DNA of 64,000 bases, taken from the human T2T-CHM13v2.0 reference genome, Homo sapiens. Shown here one piece after another: positions 42,878-60,689 of this stretch. Within the stretch, counting starts at the first letter, position 1. Every line of letters begins with the position of its first letter. Below the pieces are notes generated by a model, which ran no database searches, had not been told where the DNA came from, and saw only the letters and a list, made by a program, of their open reading frames with translations. The DNA lies in assembly GCF_009914755.1 (NCBI RefSeq), contig NC_060927.1; one strand, 5' to 3'. Made by a program: the position numbers and the translations under genes.

Positions 42878-43446
42878 CCCCATTTGACAGATGCGCCATT
42901 TGGGGAGGTAGCGTATCATAGCAGTTAAATGGGCAAAGCAGCATCAGACATGAGTTCAGGTTGTAGGCTCTGAAAATCACAACTGCTCAAGAGATTCAGG
43001 AGTCATATGTGGGTTTGGTCTACCACTGACCTTCCCCTCATGCTCTGTGCACTGATTCTTAACTCTGGCTTCCCTGCTTCCTTCCAGGCCTCTCTCAGGT
43101 CTAAAGCTTCCTCACATAAACCCTAGGACTCCCAGAGGTCCTGTTAATGTCCCAGATCCAAGCCTTTGCTGAGGTTGCTCAGCCCCCTTAAAAGCTCTTC
43201 CTTCCTCATCCTTCATGCAAATCTCCCTTATGAAATTTAATCCTTAAGGTATTTAGCAAGTAATTATTTAGTGACTACATTCAACAGTGAGGATAGCCTG
43301 GATTTTGCTGCAGTAGCAAACAAATCTGAAATGTAAGTTGCTGACACACAGGTTATTTCACACTCAAATAATACGCCTATTAAAGCAACTGGTGGCTCTG
43401 TTCTATGTCTTCCTTACTTAGAAACACAAGCCTCCAGCATCCACAG

Positions 43447-43655
43447 CAGTTCTGGCCAATAGGTCTTTCTGTAATGATGGAAATGGCCTATATCTGCACT
43501 GCCCGAAATGGTACCCACTAGTCACAGGTGGCAATTGAGTATTTCAAATGCAGCTAATGTGACTGAGGAACTGAATTTTTACTTTATTTAATTTTAATTA
43601 GTATAAATAACAACAATCAAAAATTGGCCACTGGCTACTATACAGAACAAGGCAG
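43447..43655. mobile_element. MER3 hAT MITE
   Basis: ccaatagg.ctttctgtaatgatggaaatg..cactagtcacaggtggc..gtgactgaggaactgaattttt. Confidence 0.8.
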
Positions 43656-43929
43656 ATTCAGAACATCATGTGTTGCTAGGCCAGGGAGAGAGAAGCGTGG
43701 ACATTTATATACTGATGCTAAAAATCTTCTACCCAGAAGTAATAATCATCATGCCCTTTCACATTCAATGGGTGAAAGTAAATCATGTGTCCACATGGAG
43801 CTTCCACGGGTCAAGTAGAGCAGTCCTACCTTGATCTCATAGAAGGAGAATAAAAAGTCTCAGTAAGTAGCTTTAGTGAATTACACACCACCCCCCTGTT
43901 CAGGGTTCTACATATTAAGTGTGAAATAA

Positions 43930-44460
43930 AATAGACCTGCATCCTGCCCTCAAGGAGCTTAGAGTCTAATAGGGAAGGAAGGGTGGAGACGATCATTAAA
44001 AATACACAAATATATGACAGCAAACCTTTAAGGCAGAAAAACTCTTTTGGAAATCAAGGCTTGTAGTTTAAATAGGGAATTAGGAAAGACTTCTATGAAA
44101 ATGTGATCTAAATAATGAGAATGAAGTGGCACAGAGTGAGGTAAAGGATATTCCAGACAAAAGCATGTGTGAAGGCTCCAGATTTGGGAAGCACCTGGTG
44201 GTATCTTCTGGGTAGTAAAGGAAGGCCCTGCTGGATGGAGTGTAGACCTAGGGAGAAGAATGGCACAGTGAATGCAGGCAGAGCAAGGGCCAAGTCATAT
44301 GCAACCCTGTGAGCTCTGGTGGGAGTGTAGAGATGGCTTCCATCAAAGGGAAGCCATTAGAAAGTTTGATGCAAGGAGAAACATGATTTCATGCACAGTG
44401 TTGAAAAATCACCCCAGCTGCTGCCTGGACAAGGGTTTGGAGAGGATAAGAGAGAAGTGG
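43930..44460 (-). mobile_element. L2 fragment
   Basis: cctgccctcaaggagcttagagtctaataggg..attccagacaaaagcatgtgtgaaggc. Confidence 0.75.
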
Positions 44461-44469
44461 GAAAGCTTT

Positions 44470-45387
44470 CCTCTGGCAAGTCTCCTATATTCTATTGCTG
44501 CTACTACTACAATCTTCGTGGCTTAAAACAACACCCATTTATGACCTCACAGTTTCCATGGGTGGGGAGTCCCAGTACAGTGTCACTAAGTCCTCTGCTC
44601 AGGGTCTCACTAGGCTGCAATTCAGGCATTGGCCAAGCTGCACACTTCCCTGGAGCTCAGGGTTTTCTTCCAAGCACATGTGGTTGTTGGCAGAATTCAG
44701 TTCTTTTTGGTTATGGGATTGAGGTCCCGGTTTTCTTAATAGGTGTCAGCTGGGGGTCATTCTCAGCGCCCACACTTTCTTGCTGTGTAGCCCTCTTGCA
44801 GCATGACAGTTCTTTGAGATCGGCAAGAAAATCAGTCTCTTCTGAACAAGCTGATCTGCTTTTAAGGGTTTTCATCTGATTATTCAGACCCACCTAGCAT
44901 AATCTCCCTTTTGACTAACTCAAGACAAACTGAATTGAGGGCAGCCACGGTGGCTTGTGCCTATAATCCCAGCACTTTGGAGGTCAAGCTGGACAGATTG
45001 CCTGAGTCCAGGAATTCAATACCAGCCTGGGCAAAACAGTAAAACCCTGTCTCTACAAAAAATACAAAAATTAGCAAGGCATGGTGGTATGTGCTTCTAG
45101 TCCCTGCTACTCAGGAGGCTGAGGCAGAAGGATTGCTTGAGCTCACAGCCAAGATCATGCCACTGCACTCTCGTCTGAGTGACAGAGCAAGACCCTTTCT
45201 CAAAAAAACAAAAAACTGAATGGAGACGTTAATCACATTTGCAAAATCCCCTCACCTTTGCCATATAACCTGATCATGGGAGTGATATTGTATTTACAGG
45301 TCCTGCTCCTGTCCAAGGGGAGGGGATTACAAAGCCTGAGCACCAAGGGACAGGAAATTCAGGGACCACCTTAGAATTCTGCCTACC
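44470..45387 (-). mobile_element. MaLR LTR (MLT1E-like), split by AluJ; terminus displaced to ~46878
   Basis: gtggcttaaaacaacacccatttat..gttgttggcagaattcagttc..cttagaattctgcctacc. Confidence 0.8.
44939..45215 (+). mobile_element. AluJ with a short right-arm deletion
   Basis: ggattgcttgagc|tcacagccaagatc; TSD aaactgaattgag / aaactgaatggag. Confidence 0.9.
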
Positions 45388-46752
<1,365 letters not shown>

Positions 46753-46764
46753 AGAATTCTGCCT

Positions 46765-46860
46765 TTGCTTGAACCTGGGAGGCAGAGGGTGCAGTGAGCC
46801 GAGATTGTGCCACTGCACTCCAACCTGGGCAGCAGACCAATACCCCATCTCAAAAAAAAA
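46765..46860 (+). mobile_element. 5'-truncated Alu (3' ~95 bp)
   Basis: ttgcttgaacctgggagg..catctcaaaaaaaaa flanked by aagaattctgc. Confidence 0.9.
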
Positions 46861-47214
46861 AGAATTCTGCATGCCACAGCTTTTTTGGCTTTCCCAGCTC
46901 ACATAGCATTTGACCTCCTAGAACCTTCCACAACAGTTATTATCTGTACTCGAGGGAAGAATGAACCAGAAGTAGGCAACTCTTGCGCTTAAGAACCAGT
47001 TGATTCGTGTGAGCCACAATCTATCATTTTCTGACAATTCAATTTGGGCATATATTCAGTTCTGAGAGCCTAATTCAGGCTGCCCAGATTCACAAAAGAC
47101 TGGTCAGGGAGCCAGAGGGACATAACTATTTTTTGGCACTAAGTATAGCTGCCAGACAGACCAGAACCATTGTGTTGACTGAGGAAACTACAGGAAATAT
47201 TTATAGAGGGTTTT

Positions 47215-47410
47215 GGAATCAGAGACAGGGTTCAGTATGGTTGAGTCCCTTAACCATTCACAGCCTCAGTTTCTTCATCTTTAAATTGGAGATCATTTTA
47301 ATCATCTGCACAGTGTTATTTGTGAGGAATAAATGAGATAACATATGTCAAACCATTAACACAGAGTCTGGTACCTAATACGCTTGCAACAACAGTAGCT
47401 GCTATTATTC
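47215..47410 (+). mobile_element. MIR SINE
   Basis: agcctcagtttcttcatctttaaattggaga..gtgaggaataaatgagataacatatg. Confidence 0.8.
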
Positions 47411-48469
47411 TTATCTTCCTCACCAGTCACAGCCAGAGTTAGATAAGTACTTGTTGCTGTAACACAGCTGAAGGCAGGCAGCTTGGGAAGCTGTCCAGAT
47501 TTTCTCCCAAGAGGGCTCCAGAGCTGAAGAAAACAAGCTCACCAGTGTGTCACTAAGCCACTCTGGGCCATCATTTCTGAGTCTGTTAAACTGAGATAAC
47601 CTCCCCGTCTGCTTTCCCTTACTGGGGAAGTTTGTGGCAGCAATTCAAGGCTCTTAGAAGAAACGTGCCATAGGGTAATAATATAGTGATAAATACCTTA
47701 CATCCATGTCTCTTGTCTCCTCCCAGGGCATAAAGGTGTTCTTGCAGCTCTTACTAAGATGTCTTGGTAACAGAACCTTCCTGAGCAATCTATCATTCCA
47801 TTACTTTATAGCCTGGATTTGATTATTTATTCATTTAGACTCTGCTACAGACTGCTTCATACCACTGAGCAGCCACTAATCAATTAATGCTCAGTTTTTT
47901 CTGTTGTCACATCTGTATGTTGGAATGGCCACAGTTTCCCTGCCCTGGACCTCTGAAATCTCAGGAGTGTTCTTGGAATCTTGAAGCCTTGGTACTTGCC
48001 AAATATTTTCTAACACATAGTTTCACGTATTCCCAGCCAAATATGATGTATCTTAGGATGCTCTTTTATAATTGATTTGCAGGGACTTGCTATGAACACA
48101 GATGTGACTCATTTGAATCCGTATATCAGATTGTGTTTAGGATGAGAATATTATGCTGTGTCTGTTTCATTATATGTCAAATGTCAATATTAAAGTTTCC
48201 AGTAACACACACATGACTCGTAAAGAAAATGGGAAGGTATTTTCATATCTGTGTTTCAGAACTGAAGACATTAAAAAAAGAATTATTTCTTGAAAATAAA
48301 CACATCATGGATTGGTAGTTTTGAATCTCTGTAATATGAATAAAGTTTATAAAATCAAATTACATTGCTGAAATTATGCAGAGGAAATATCCCAAAAGAG
48401 CACAGAGGATAATATTGATAAAACAACTCTCTTAATAAATCACACTGAAAAAAAACATTCATGTGGACC

Positions 48470-48674
48470 AGAGGTTGGCAAATATGGTCCAGGCCACTGC
48501 CTATTTTTGTAAATAAAGTTTTACTGGCTTACTGTCGCACTCAATTGTCTACACACTAGCCATGGCTGTTTTCTTACTATAAGTGGAGAGTTCAGCCATT
48601 GTGATAGTGACTATATGACCCACAAAGCCTAAAATATTATTTGGTGTTTTGCCAATTAACTTTCCTGGCCCCTG
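48470..48674. mobile_element. MER58A hAT MITE
   Basis: cagaggttggcaaa..tttttgtaaataaagttttactgg..cccacaaagcctaaaatatt..gcccctg. Confidence 0.85.
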
Positions 48675-48744
48675 ATCTAGAACATTAGTTTTTAAATTAC
48701 CTTTTTAAAGACAAATACAAAATACATTAAGAATATTGCTAAAC

Positions 48745-49040
48745 ACCAGGCACATTGGCTCACACCTGTAGTCCCAGCACTTCGTGACGCCAAGGCAGAA
48801 GAATCTCATGAGCCCAGGAGCTCCAGTCCAGCCTGGGCAACATAGGGAGAGCCCATCTCTACATAAAAGTAAATAATTAGTTGGTCATTGTGGTATGTGC
48901 CTGTGGTCTCAGCTACCCCCGAAGTAGGAGAATTTCTTGAGCCCAGGAAATTGAGCCTGCAGTGAGCCATGATCATGCCATTGAACTTCAGCCTGGTGAC
49001 AGAGCAATACTCTCTCTCTCTCTCTCATCTATATATATAA
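48745..49040 (+). mobile_element. AluJ with (TC)n(TA)n tail
   Basis: Diverged dimeric Alu with ttgagcccagga in both arms. Confidence 0.88.
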
Positions 49041-49523
49041 TTAACAGAAGGAAATTTGGGGAATTCACAAATATGTGGACCTTAAACACTATACTTCTAA
49101 CTAACCAAGAGGTTAAAAAAATCACAAGGAAATTAGAAAATACTTTGAGAAGAAGGAAATGAAAACACAGCATACCAAAACTTATGGGCTACAACTAATG
49201 TAGTCCTCAAAGGGAAATTGATAGCAACAAATACCAATAAGTTTTTTAAAGTTCTCAAACCAATAAACTTAATGTTACAACTCAAGATGCTAGAAAAAAA
49301 GATCAAGCTAAACTCAGTGCAACCAAAGAAAGAATCATGATTAGAGCTAAAATAAGTGAAATAGAAAATAGAAAAAAATATAGAGTCATTTAATGAAATC
49401 AAAAGTTGGTTCTTGGAAAAGATTAACTAGAACATTGAAAAACACTTGGTTTAACAAAAAAATAAAAGACTCAACTTATTGAAATAGGGACTGTTACTAT
49501 GAAACTTACAGAAGTAAAAAGGT
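49041..49523 (+). mobile_element. L1M ORF2 fragment (post-endonuclease region)
   Basis: gaaaacacagcataccaaaacttatggg..aatgaaatcaaaagttggttcttggaaaagatt. Confidence 0.8.
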
Positions 49524-49539
49524 AAAGGGCTTTACCAAA

Positions 49540-51813
49540 CTTATTTGGTTTGATATAATCTCATTTATCTATTTTTACTTTTATTGCTGTGGTTTTGAGG
49601 TATTCTCCATAAAATCTTTGCCCACACCAATATCCTGAAACATTTCCCCTGTTTTCTTCTAGTAATTTCACAGTTTCAAGTCCTATGTTTAAGTCTTTAA
49701 CCCATTTGGAGTTGATTTTTGTATATGGTAAGTGATAGGAGCCTAGTTTAATTTTTCTGCACATAGATATCCAGTTTTCCCAGCAATATTTATTGAAGAG
49801 ACCGTCATTTCCCGAATGAATTTTCTTGGTGCCACTGTCAACAATCAGTGGGCTATAAATATGTAGATTTATTTCTGAGTTCTGTATTCTGTTCCACTGG
49901 CCTATGTGCCTATTTCTATGCAAGTACCATGCTGTTTTGGTTACCTTAGTATATTTTGAAGTTTGTTATGTGATGTCTCTAGCTTTGTTCTTTTTGCTCA
50001 GGATTGCTTTGGCTATTAAGGACCTTTTGTGGTGCCATACAAATTTTAGGATTGTTTTTCTATTTCTGTGAAGAATCTAATTGGTATTTTCATCAGATTG
50101 CATTGAGTCTTTAGATTGCTTTTGGTAGCATGGTCATTTTCACAATATTCTTCCCATTTATGAACATGGGATGTCTTTCCATTTTTTGTGTCCTCTTCAA
50201 TTTCTTTTGTCAGCATTTTATAGTTTTCCTCATAGAAATCTTGCTCCTTGGAGAATTCCTAGGTATTTTATTATTTTTTGTAGCTATTGTAAATGGCACT
50301 GCTCTTCTCATTTCATTTTCCACTAGTTCATTGTTGGTATAGAGAAATGCTACTAAATTTTGTATGTTGATTTTGTATCCTGCAACTTTAGTGCATTTTT
50401 TTTTTATCAGTTCTTAGAGTTTTTGGTGAGGTCTTTGGGGTTTCTATATTTAAGATCATGTCATTTACAGACAGAGACCATTTGACTTTCTCCTTTCCTA
50501 TTTGAATGTATTTTATTCCTTTCTCTTGTGAAACTGCTCTGACTGGGGCTTCAGTACTCTGTTAAATATAAATGGCAAGAGTGGGCATCCTTTTCTTGTT
50601 CCAGATCTTAGAGGAAAAGCTTTCAACTTTTCCCCATTTAGTATGATGTTGGCAGTGGTCTGTCATATATAGCATTTAATATTCCTTCTATACCTAACTT
50701 CTTGAGAGCTTTTATCATAAAGGGATGTTGCGTTTTATCAAATGCTTTTTCTGCATCCATTGAGGGGATCATGGGGTTTTTGTTTTTAATTCTGTTTATG
50801 TGGTGAATCACATTTAGGGATTTACATATGTCAAACCATCCTTGCATTCCAGGGATAAATCCCACTTGACCACGGTGAATGATCTTTTTAATGTGCTGCT
50901 TGATTTCATTTGCTCATATTTTATTAAGAACTTTTGCATCTGTGTTCATCAGAGATATTGGCCTGACATTTTCTTTTTTGTTGTGTCCTTGTCTGGTTTG
51001 GGTGTCAAGTAATGCTGGCCTCATAGAATGGATCTGGAAGAATTCCCTCCTCTTCAATTTTCTGGAAGATATCTATTTGACATACTGATTTCCTTTCAAT
51101 ATATACCCAGTAGTGAGACTGCCGTATCATATGTTTTCTTTTTAATATTTTAAGGAATAGTCATACTGTTTTTTTTAAGCATCCATGCTTATCTTACAGC
51201 ACTATTCACAATAACAAAGATATGGAATCAACTTAAGTGTACATCAACAAATAAATGGATAAGAAAAATGTGTGTTTGTGTGTGTGTGTGTGTAGTGAAA
51301 TATCATTCAGGATAAAAAAGAATAAAATCCTTTAATTTGCAGCAACATGAATCAACCCAGAGGACATTATGTTAAGTGAAGTAAGCCAGTCACAGAAAGT
51401 CAAATACCATATGATCTTACTCATACATGGAATCTAAAAAAAACTGATCTAATAGAAATAGAAAGTAGAATGGTGGTTACCAGAGACTGGGAGTGGAAGG
51501 TTTGGGGAGCATAGGGAGGCATTGGTTAACAGGGACAGTGTTACAGTTAATTAGGAAGATAAATTTTGGGTTTCTATTGCACAGTAGAGTGACTAGAGTT
51601 AATATTGCATATTTCAAACTAGCTAGAAGAGAGGATTTTCCATGTTTTTACCACACACAAAAAAAACCGATAAATATTTGAGGTGAGGTGATAGAGATGT
51701 TAAATATGCTGATTTGATCATTACACAATATATACATGTATCAAAACATCACACTATGCTTCATAAATATGTACAATAGCATTTTGTGTCAAGCAAAAAT
51801 AAAACTAAAAAAA
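49540..51813. mobile_element. L1MA with two antisense segments followed by a sense 3' end
   Basis: 49540-51070 antisense ORF2 ([11 protein letters not shown].., WENWIS..); 51071-51175 antisense late ORF2; 51180-51813 sense 3' end with A-tail. Confidence 0.8.
51268..51293. repeat. Short imperfect (TG)n microsatellite inside the L1
   Basis: tgtgtgtttgtgtgtgtgtgtgtgt. Confidence 0.9.
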
Positions 51814-51814
51814 A

Positions 51815-52925
51815 GGTGTAAATTTTGATCACCTTCAATTAGGCAGTGGTTTCTTAGATATGACACCTAAAGCCAAACATCAACAACAAAAAATAGGTAA
51901 GTTGAACTTTACCAAAATTAAAAATTTTACATATCAAAGGACAATACTGAGAGAGTGCAAAGACAGCCCACAAAATGGGAGAAAATATTTGCAAATCACA
52001 TATCTGATAAGACTTTAATATCCAGAATATATAAAGAACACTTATATGTCAACAATAAAAAGACAACCAAATTTTAAAATAGACAAACTATTTGAATAGA
52101 CATTTTTCCAAAGAAAATATACAAATGGCCAATAGACACATGAAAATGTACTTACATCCTTAGTCATTAGAGAAATGCAAATAAAATCAGTGAGATACCA
52201 GTTCACACTCACTAGAAGAGATATGATTTTAAAAATTTAAAATGAGGATATGGAGAAATTGGAACCCTAATACATTGCTAGTGAGAATGTAAAATGGTGC
52301 AGGTATTTTGGAAAACATCTGGCAATTTCTCAAAAAGTTAAAAATAGATTTAGCATATGATTTAGCCATTCAAATATTAGGTATATGCCCAAGAGAATTG
52401 AAAACATAGGTTCACACAAAAATTTGTGTGAATACACATTCATAGCAGCATCATTTATAATAGTCAAAAACTGGAAACAACCCAAAAGTCGGTCAACTAA
52501 TGGGTGGATAAACAAAATCTGGTATAGCCATACAATGGAATATACTAATAAATCAGCCATAAAAAGAATGAAGTGCTAATACATTCTGCAACATGGATGA
52601 ACCTAGAAAATATTGCTAAGTGAAAGAAACTTAACACAAAGGACCACATATTGTATGATCCCACTTATACTAATTGTTCAGAATAGGCAAACCTATAGAG
52701 GCAGAAAGTATATTAGTGAGAAAGTATATTAGTGGGGAATGTGGCATGACTCTAAGTGGGCATGGGGTTTCATCCTAGAATGACCAAAATGTTCCGTAAT
52801 TAGATAGTGGTGGTGGTTACAGAAACTTCTGAATATATTTTTAAAAAACACACTGAATGGTGTATTTTAAAAGAATAAATTTTGCGTATTGGAATTACAT
52901 CGCAGTAGAAAGGAAAACAAAACAA
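51815..52925 (+). mobile_element. L1MB 3' portion
   Basis: gggagaaaatatttgcaaatcacatatctgataag..ggataaacaaaatctggtatagccatacaatggaata. Confidence 0.85.
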
Positions 52926-53069
52926 AAGTAGGTTGTTGATCAGAACCAAAACCCTCACTGTTCATTTTTCCAAGAATTCCATTTCAAGAATTTGATGTCC
53001 TTTCCCCTTTCTCCTAAACATTTTTCTTCTTGGCTACTCACTAGGCAACATATTAAAATCCTGTGGAAA

Positions 53070-56015
<2,946 letters not shown>

Positions 56016-58104
56016 AATCCAAGGGAAAACCATTCATCCTGTTGGGAATAGATTTTAAATATGCTATTTTGTTAACAAGTCTATTATTTAAAGAGTCAAC
56101 TTTCCTGAGGATAATCTGCCTACCCTTCAAAATACCTCAGATTCTAATAGACAAAATGTATGTTTCTTTCAGTGTCTTGGGGCTATCTAGGCAATGATAG
56201 TTCAGATACAGTTGGAGGATGAAAACAGGAAAATGGAACCTGATGCCCTGTAGTATCTTAACCTCCCATTAGATGAGCACAGATATATTCTGAATGACTG
56301 GATCAATTTACCTGTGGAATACATCTGATTTATAAAGGCATCTCTAGCAATTGATCTGCACCAAATCACAGATATCCCAAAGAGCAGAAGAAAACAAAAG
56401 GAAACAAAGAGAAACTTTCTTGTTTCCTGGCCCTTCCTATTTTTTAATGTGAACTAAAGAGTTGATATTGCTTCCACTTGTTCATTGCAAGACTAAAACA
56501 GCTCTAATATTGCAAATGATCAAATGTCTAATTATATCATTAGGCACTTTTAACAACAAAGGCTTTACTTTGATTCAGTAAATCAATATGCCCTAGGGTT
56601 CTCCCAAAGGGATGCCATAAAATGAGCTTGGTTTTATAATTTGTCCTTTTAATATCTATATTTTATTCAAAATACAGTCATTAGAACTGATTTGATAATG
56701 CTCATGATAGCACAATTCTTACTATATTTCTGACAGACCTTTTCAGATGGAAACTTAAAGGGAGTTCTCCTTTGTCAGAGAAAGGTTGTAAGAAAGTAGA
56801 ATGAAGACATTTATTGAAAAATCCATATGGTTTCAAGCCTCCTTAGGAGATCAAATGGAAGATACTCCTTTTTTTCCTCTCAGCCTTTGATTTTGTCATT
56901 GCATCTCTGGACCATTGCATAGTGGTCCAGTATTAAGAGACATGAGGCTGTAACCCAGGGAAACTTTGGACCAACCAACAAAATCCTGTGTTTGGAAGTC
57001 AGATCAGAAAATAGTTATCACATGCATAGCCAAAACCAGAAGAAGTAGTCCACCAGGGGCTGCTTGCCCCTCCTTTTAGCCATAAAAAAAACAACCTTCT
57101 TCTATCTAATAGCATCCTATTACCTCCTATTTTCTGCTGAGAGGATGTCTTGGCAATTGGGATAATGTTCCATTAAACTCCAAGACACATACTTCCTCAT
57201 TTTAGCAGTCTTGCTGACTGTACTTTATACAGTGTCTCACTGCTGAAATCAATTAGTGTCTTATCAAATTTTTAGTTAAGTAATTCTCATTTAAATCTGT
57301 TTACTTTCTAAGAACTCATATTCCCAGTTCTGGACAGTCTTGTGTAATTACAAATTTTATTATAGCATTAGAGTCTAAATCTCCTTTTGACTTCTGCTAT
57401 CACTAGCCTGATAAGGCTTTATTTTTACAATGCCTCCTCTGGGGTTTTTTGTTCAATATGTAAGGCCTTGAAAATGAATTGTGGTTGCTGACATTACTAT
57501 TTACTAACATTTACTCTCAAATTGCAAATCTCTGAGAGAGACAAAGTAGAAACATGACAAGAGGTAGGAATTCCAACTCTAACTAACACTTACTATCTGT
57601 GTCTTCAGCATGGCTTTTGAATTTTTCTAAGACTCAGATTTTCATCTGGGAAATACTGGTGAAATATTGTGTTGTGCCTTGTTTATAGTGGGTGCTCAGT
57701 AAACATTGGTTTTCTCTCTGTCATGATTTCTGCACAGTGAAGTCAAAGATGTCTCAGGCTTACACTGAAACCTGGAATGTGGGAGAACAGAGGAAAAGGT
57801 AATAGATAAATTCTGATGAATACACAAATCTCTTTCCACACATTCTGATACATGGAATCTCTGGGTTGGTAAGACTTACATATGAGAGATCAAGTGGAAA
57901 GAGTGAGTTATAATCTCAGAGAGTTTTGACAGTCAAACAGAATGGCATTTCTAGCTCTCTGGGTTGTTCTTCCTCCTCAAGAGAAATACTTCAGTCCAAG
58001 CTACGATGACCAGGTAAGCCAAGGGAGTATCTCAAGGGAGTTCAGTTGGAGATTAAATATACTGGTGAACCTGTTTCAAAGAGAGACAGTTTAAACAAGG
58101 AAAT

Positions 58105-58372
58105 TAAACCTGTTTTGTTTGTACCAGAGAGACTGTAATTTACAGAGATGCCTGACATGAGGACGTTAATGCCATTGAAGAATTGATTACTTACATTTCC
58201 CAAGAGAAGAGAGCATACCATGCCACGCAAGGCCACAGTGGGAGCATCAAGCTTTGGTCAGGAAACAGATGCAGGAATGAGAAAAAAAACAAGACCAGAG
58301 CTTTCATTGGGATTTCTTCAACAGCAAGGCAAGCCAGGGTAAATAGTTTAGTATTGGCTAGTTTGAATAACA
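58105..58372. mobile_element. Probable ERVL LTR fragment (family uncertain)
   Basis: ttacttacatttcccaagagaaga..gccacgcaaggccaca..gagctttcattggg..attggctagtttgaataa resembles MER54/MER76-type LTRs. Confidence 0.4.
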
Positions 58373-58382
58373 AACAGGCTTA

Positions 58383-58388
58383 GAGGGA

Positions 58389-58421
<33 letters not shown>

Positions 58422-58678
58422 GTTAGACAAGCTTTGTTCAGACGTGAGTTACAGTGCTATTGGCCATGAGTACAATGCTAATGAATCAACAATAATGTAT
58501 GAAATAAGGTGCTTTAAACAAAAACACACATAAAACAAGGTTATGTATTGATTGGTTGAAAATATTCTGACCAGAGCCTGGTAGGAAACTTACCCTGTAT
58601 TTCCCCTAGGAGGTTTGATTCAGTATTCATTAATATAGTGTTTGTGGCAACATTATAAAACATAACAAGAATTGATTG
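58383..58678 (+). mobile_element. MER44 (Tigger7-derived) fragment with internal A25 run
   Basis: gttagacaagctttgttcag..aatgaatcaacaata..aaacaaggttatgtattgatt..ccctgtatttcccctaggag; ends at TA. Confidence 0.82.
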
Positions 58679-58684
58679 TACAAT

Positions 58685-58865
58685 TCTGGTCAGGATGCAG
58701 AGTAACTGGATCTCTCACACATTGCAGGTGGGAATGTAGAATGGTATAACAACTCTGAAAAAGTTTGGCAACTCATTTTATCACGTTAAAGATACATTTA
58801 CCATACAAGCCAATGATTGCACTTTGAGGCATTTACCCCCAGAGACATGAAAACTTACTTACATG
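58685..58865 (+). mobile_element. L1M 3' fragment
   Basis: gtaactggatctctcacacattgcaggtgggaatgtagaatggta..cccagagacatgaaaactta. Confidence 0.75.
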
Positions 58866-58879
58866 CGCTCTTCAAATGG

Positions 58880-60340
58880 TAGGTTTCTGCTTGTTGCTAA
58901 ATTTGGGAAGTTTGAGGCCACTTTTTTTCCAAGTTCATATTCTATTTCTTCTTGTGGGACTCAAAGGACATGAATGTTAGATCTTGTGTTACTGTCTCAC
59001 AAGTCCCAGAGGCTCAGTTCATCTTATTTCCATCTATTTTTTTTTTCCTCAATTGTTCAGACTGGATGTTTTCTATTGGTCTATCTTTAAATTCATGGAT
59101 TCCTTCCTATTTCATCTCGTTTCTGCTATTAAACCCATCCAGTGAGGTTTTTCATTTTGTATTTATTTATTGTATTTTTCATTTCAAAAATTTCATTTGG
59201 TTCTTTGTATTTTTATTTTATTGCGCAGTCTATTTTTACATTTGTTTCAAGAGCATTTGTAATTGCTTCCTGGAGCATTTTTATGATAGCTGTTTTAAAA
59301 TTTTTATCTAAACACCCCAACATCTGTGTCATCTCAGTTTGGCATCTGTCAATCACATTTTTATATGATTTTGGATTGTCCTATTTCTTAATATAATGAG
59401 TAATTTTGGGCTGTATTCTAGATATTTTGAATATTATGTTGTCAGACTGATTCCTATGTAAAGCTATTTTGGCAGCTCGTCAACCATGTAAGTTCAAAAT
59501 GCACGTCCAGCTCACTTTTGTGGCTCATGATTCAAATGTCAATCTAGTTAAGTCTGCAGTTCTGCTGTTGAGGTTAGTGACACTTGTGTACCAACCTAGA
59601 TGACAGGAGTATACCCTATCGTCTCTTTAGCAATGGCTAGAGTGGGGAAGGCAGGGGCACTCATTACTGCAGGGGATAGAAGACAGAGTTCCATGCACTG
59701 ACACAGCTGGGGATGGGGAGTCATCTTGTTCCGCAGAGGAGATGGATTTACAATTCTGCCCACCAGCTCCAGAGAGCAAGGGTGCTTCCTCATATCTGTG
59801 GTGTCATGGGAGGTGAGTAACAGGAAGGTGGAAGTCAGAGTTGACCTACAGGCTCTACGTAGGAAGGATACAGCCTCACATGCAGAGCAAAGAGATGGAA
59901 GAAAGAAAGGGTTCCACCCACAAGTGCTACTGCTGCAACACCTGTTGTGGCGGAGGGTAGGTGTAGTTTTTTTCATGGTGTTTACCTCAAGAACAGATAG
60001 ATGTTCATTAAAGGCTTCTGGACTATTATGTTGCACTTTTCTCAGTTCTTTGGGCAAGAGAAAACAGGGTTTTCTTGGGGGTACTTTTTTGTCTGCATCT
60101 ACTGATACTGCTGAGTTTCAGGTTTCTCTAGTGCCCAAGCTGAGATATATAGGAGATAAGAAAAAAAGAGAAAAGAAAACAAAACCCAGGGCCTCATTCA
60201 GTTCCAACAACCCAAGGCAGTCTGCTTTTCCTCCACCTTTTAGAGTACTCTGCTGGGTAACTTATGTATTTCATCCAGGGACCTTGGTTGTGATTAGCAG
60301 AAGGAGTAAAATAGAATTCACTTTGCCTAGAACTGGAAGT
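58880..60340 (-). mobile_element. Old L1M ORF1/5' region fragments
   Basis: aaatttgggaagttt..ttctgctattaaacccatccagtgag..tttttatgatagctgttttaaaat. Confidence 0.6.
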
Positions 60341-60689
60341 ACAACCAGTTCCTTTGGGATGGCTATTAAGGATTTCTGATTCTTTGGTCTTATGAACAAT
60401 ACTGATTCATATTCTTGTACATACCACTTGGCCTCTTAGCTCCTTGAGATAAATTCCTGCAGGTAGAAATCTTGAAGTCAAGAGGTAATGCACTGTTATA
60501 GCTCTTGATACGTAATACGTGTGATGTAACACTGTACCCCTGTAATTCTTGCTAGATATTATCTTTCTGTTTAATACTGTCCAAGCTGATACATGAAAGA
60601 CTGTTCAGTCTGGATTACTCATCAAGAACTGCAAGCCTCTAGCCTTTTTCTGTTTCTTCTGTGTATTATTAATACCATTTGTTCACTCT

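Noticed and set aside
44391-44879. 162-aa ORF
   Set aside because: Lies across L2 and antisense MLT1 LTR sequence.
59596-60379. Overlapping 153-aa and 217-aa ORFs
   Set aside because: Within decayed L1M-like sequence, with no recognisable domain; the 217-aa ORF starts at TTG.
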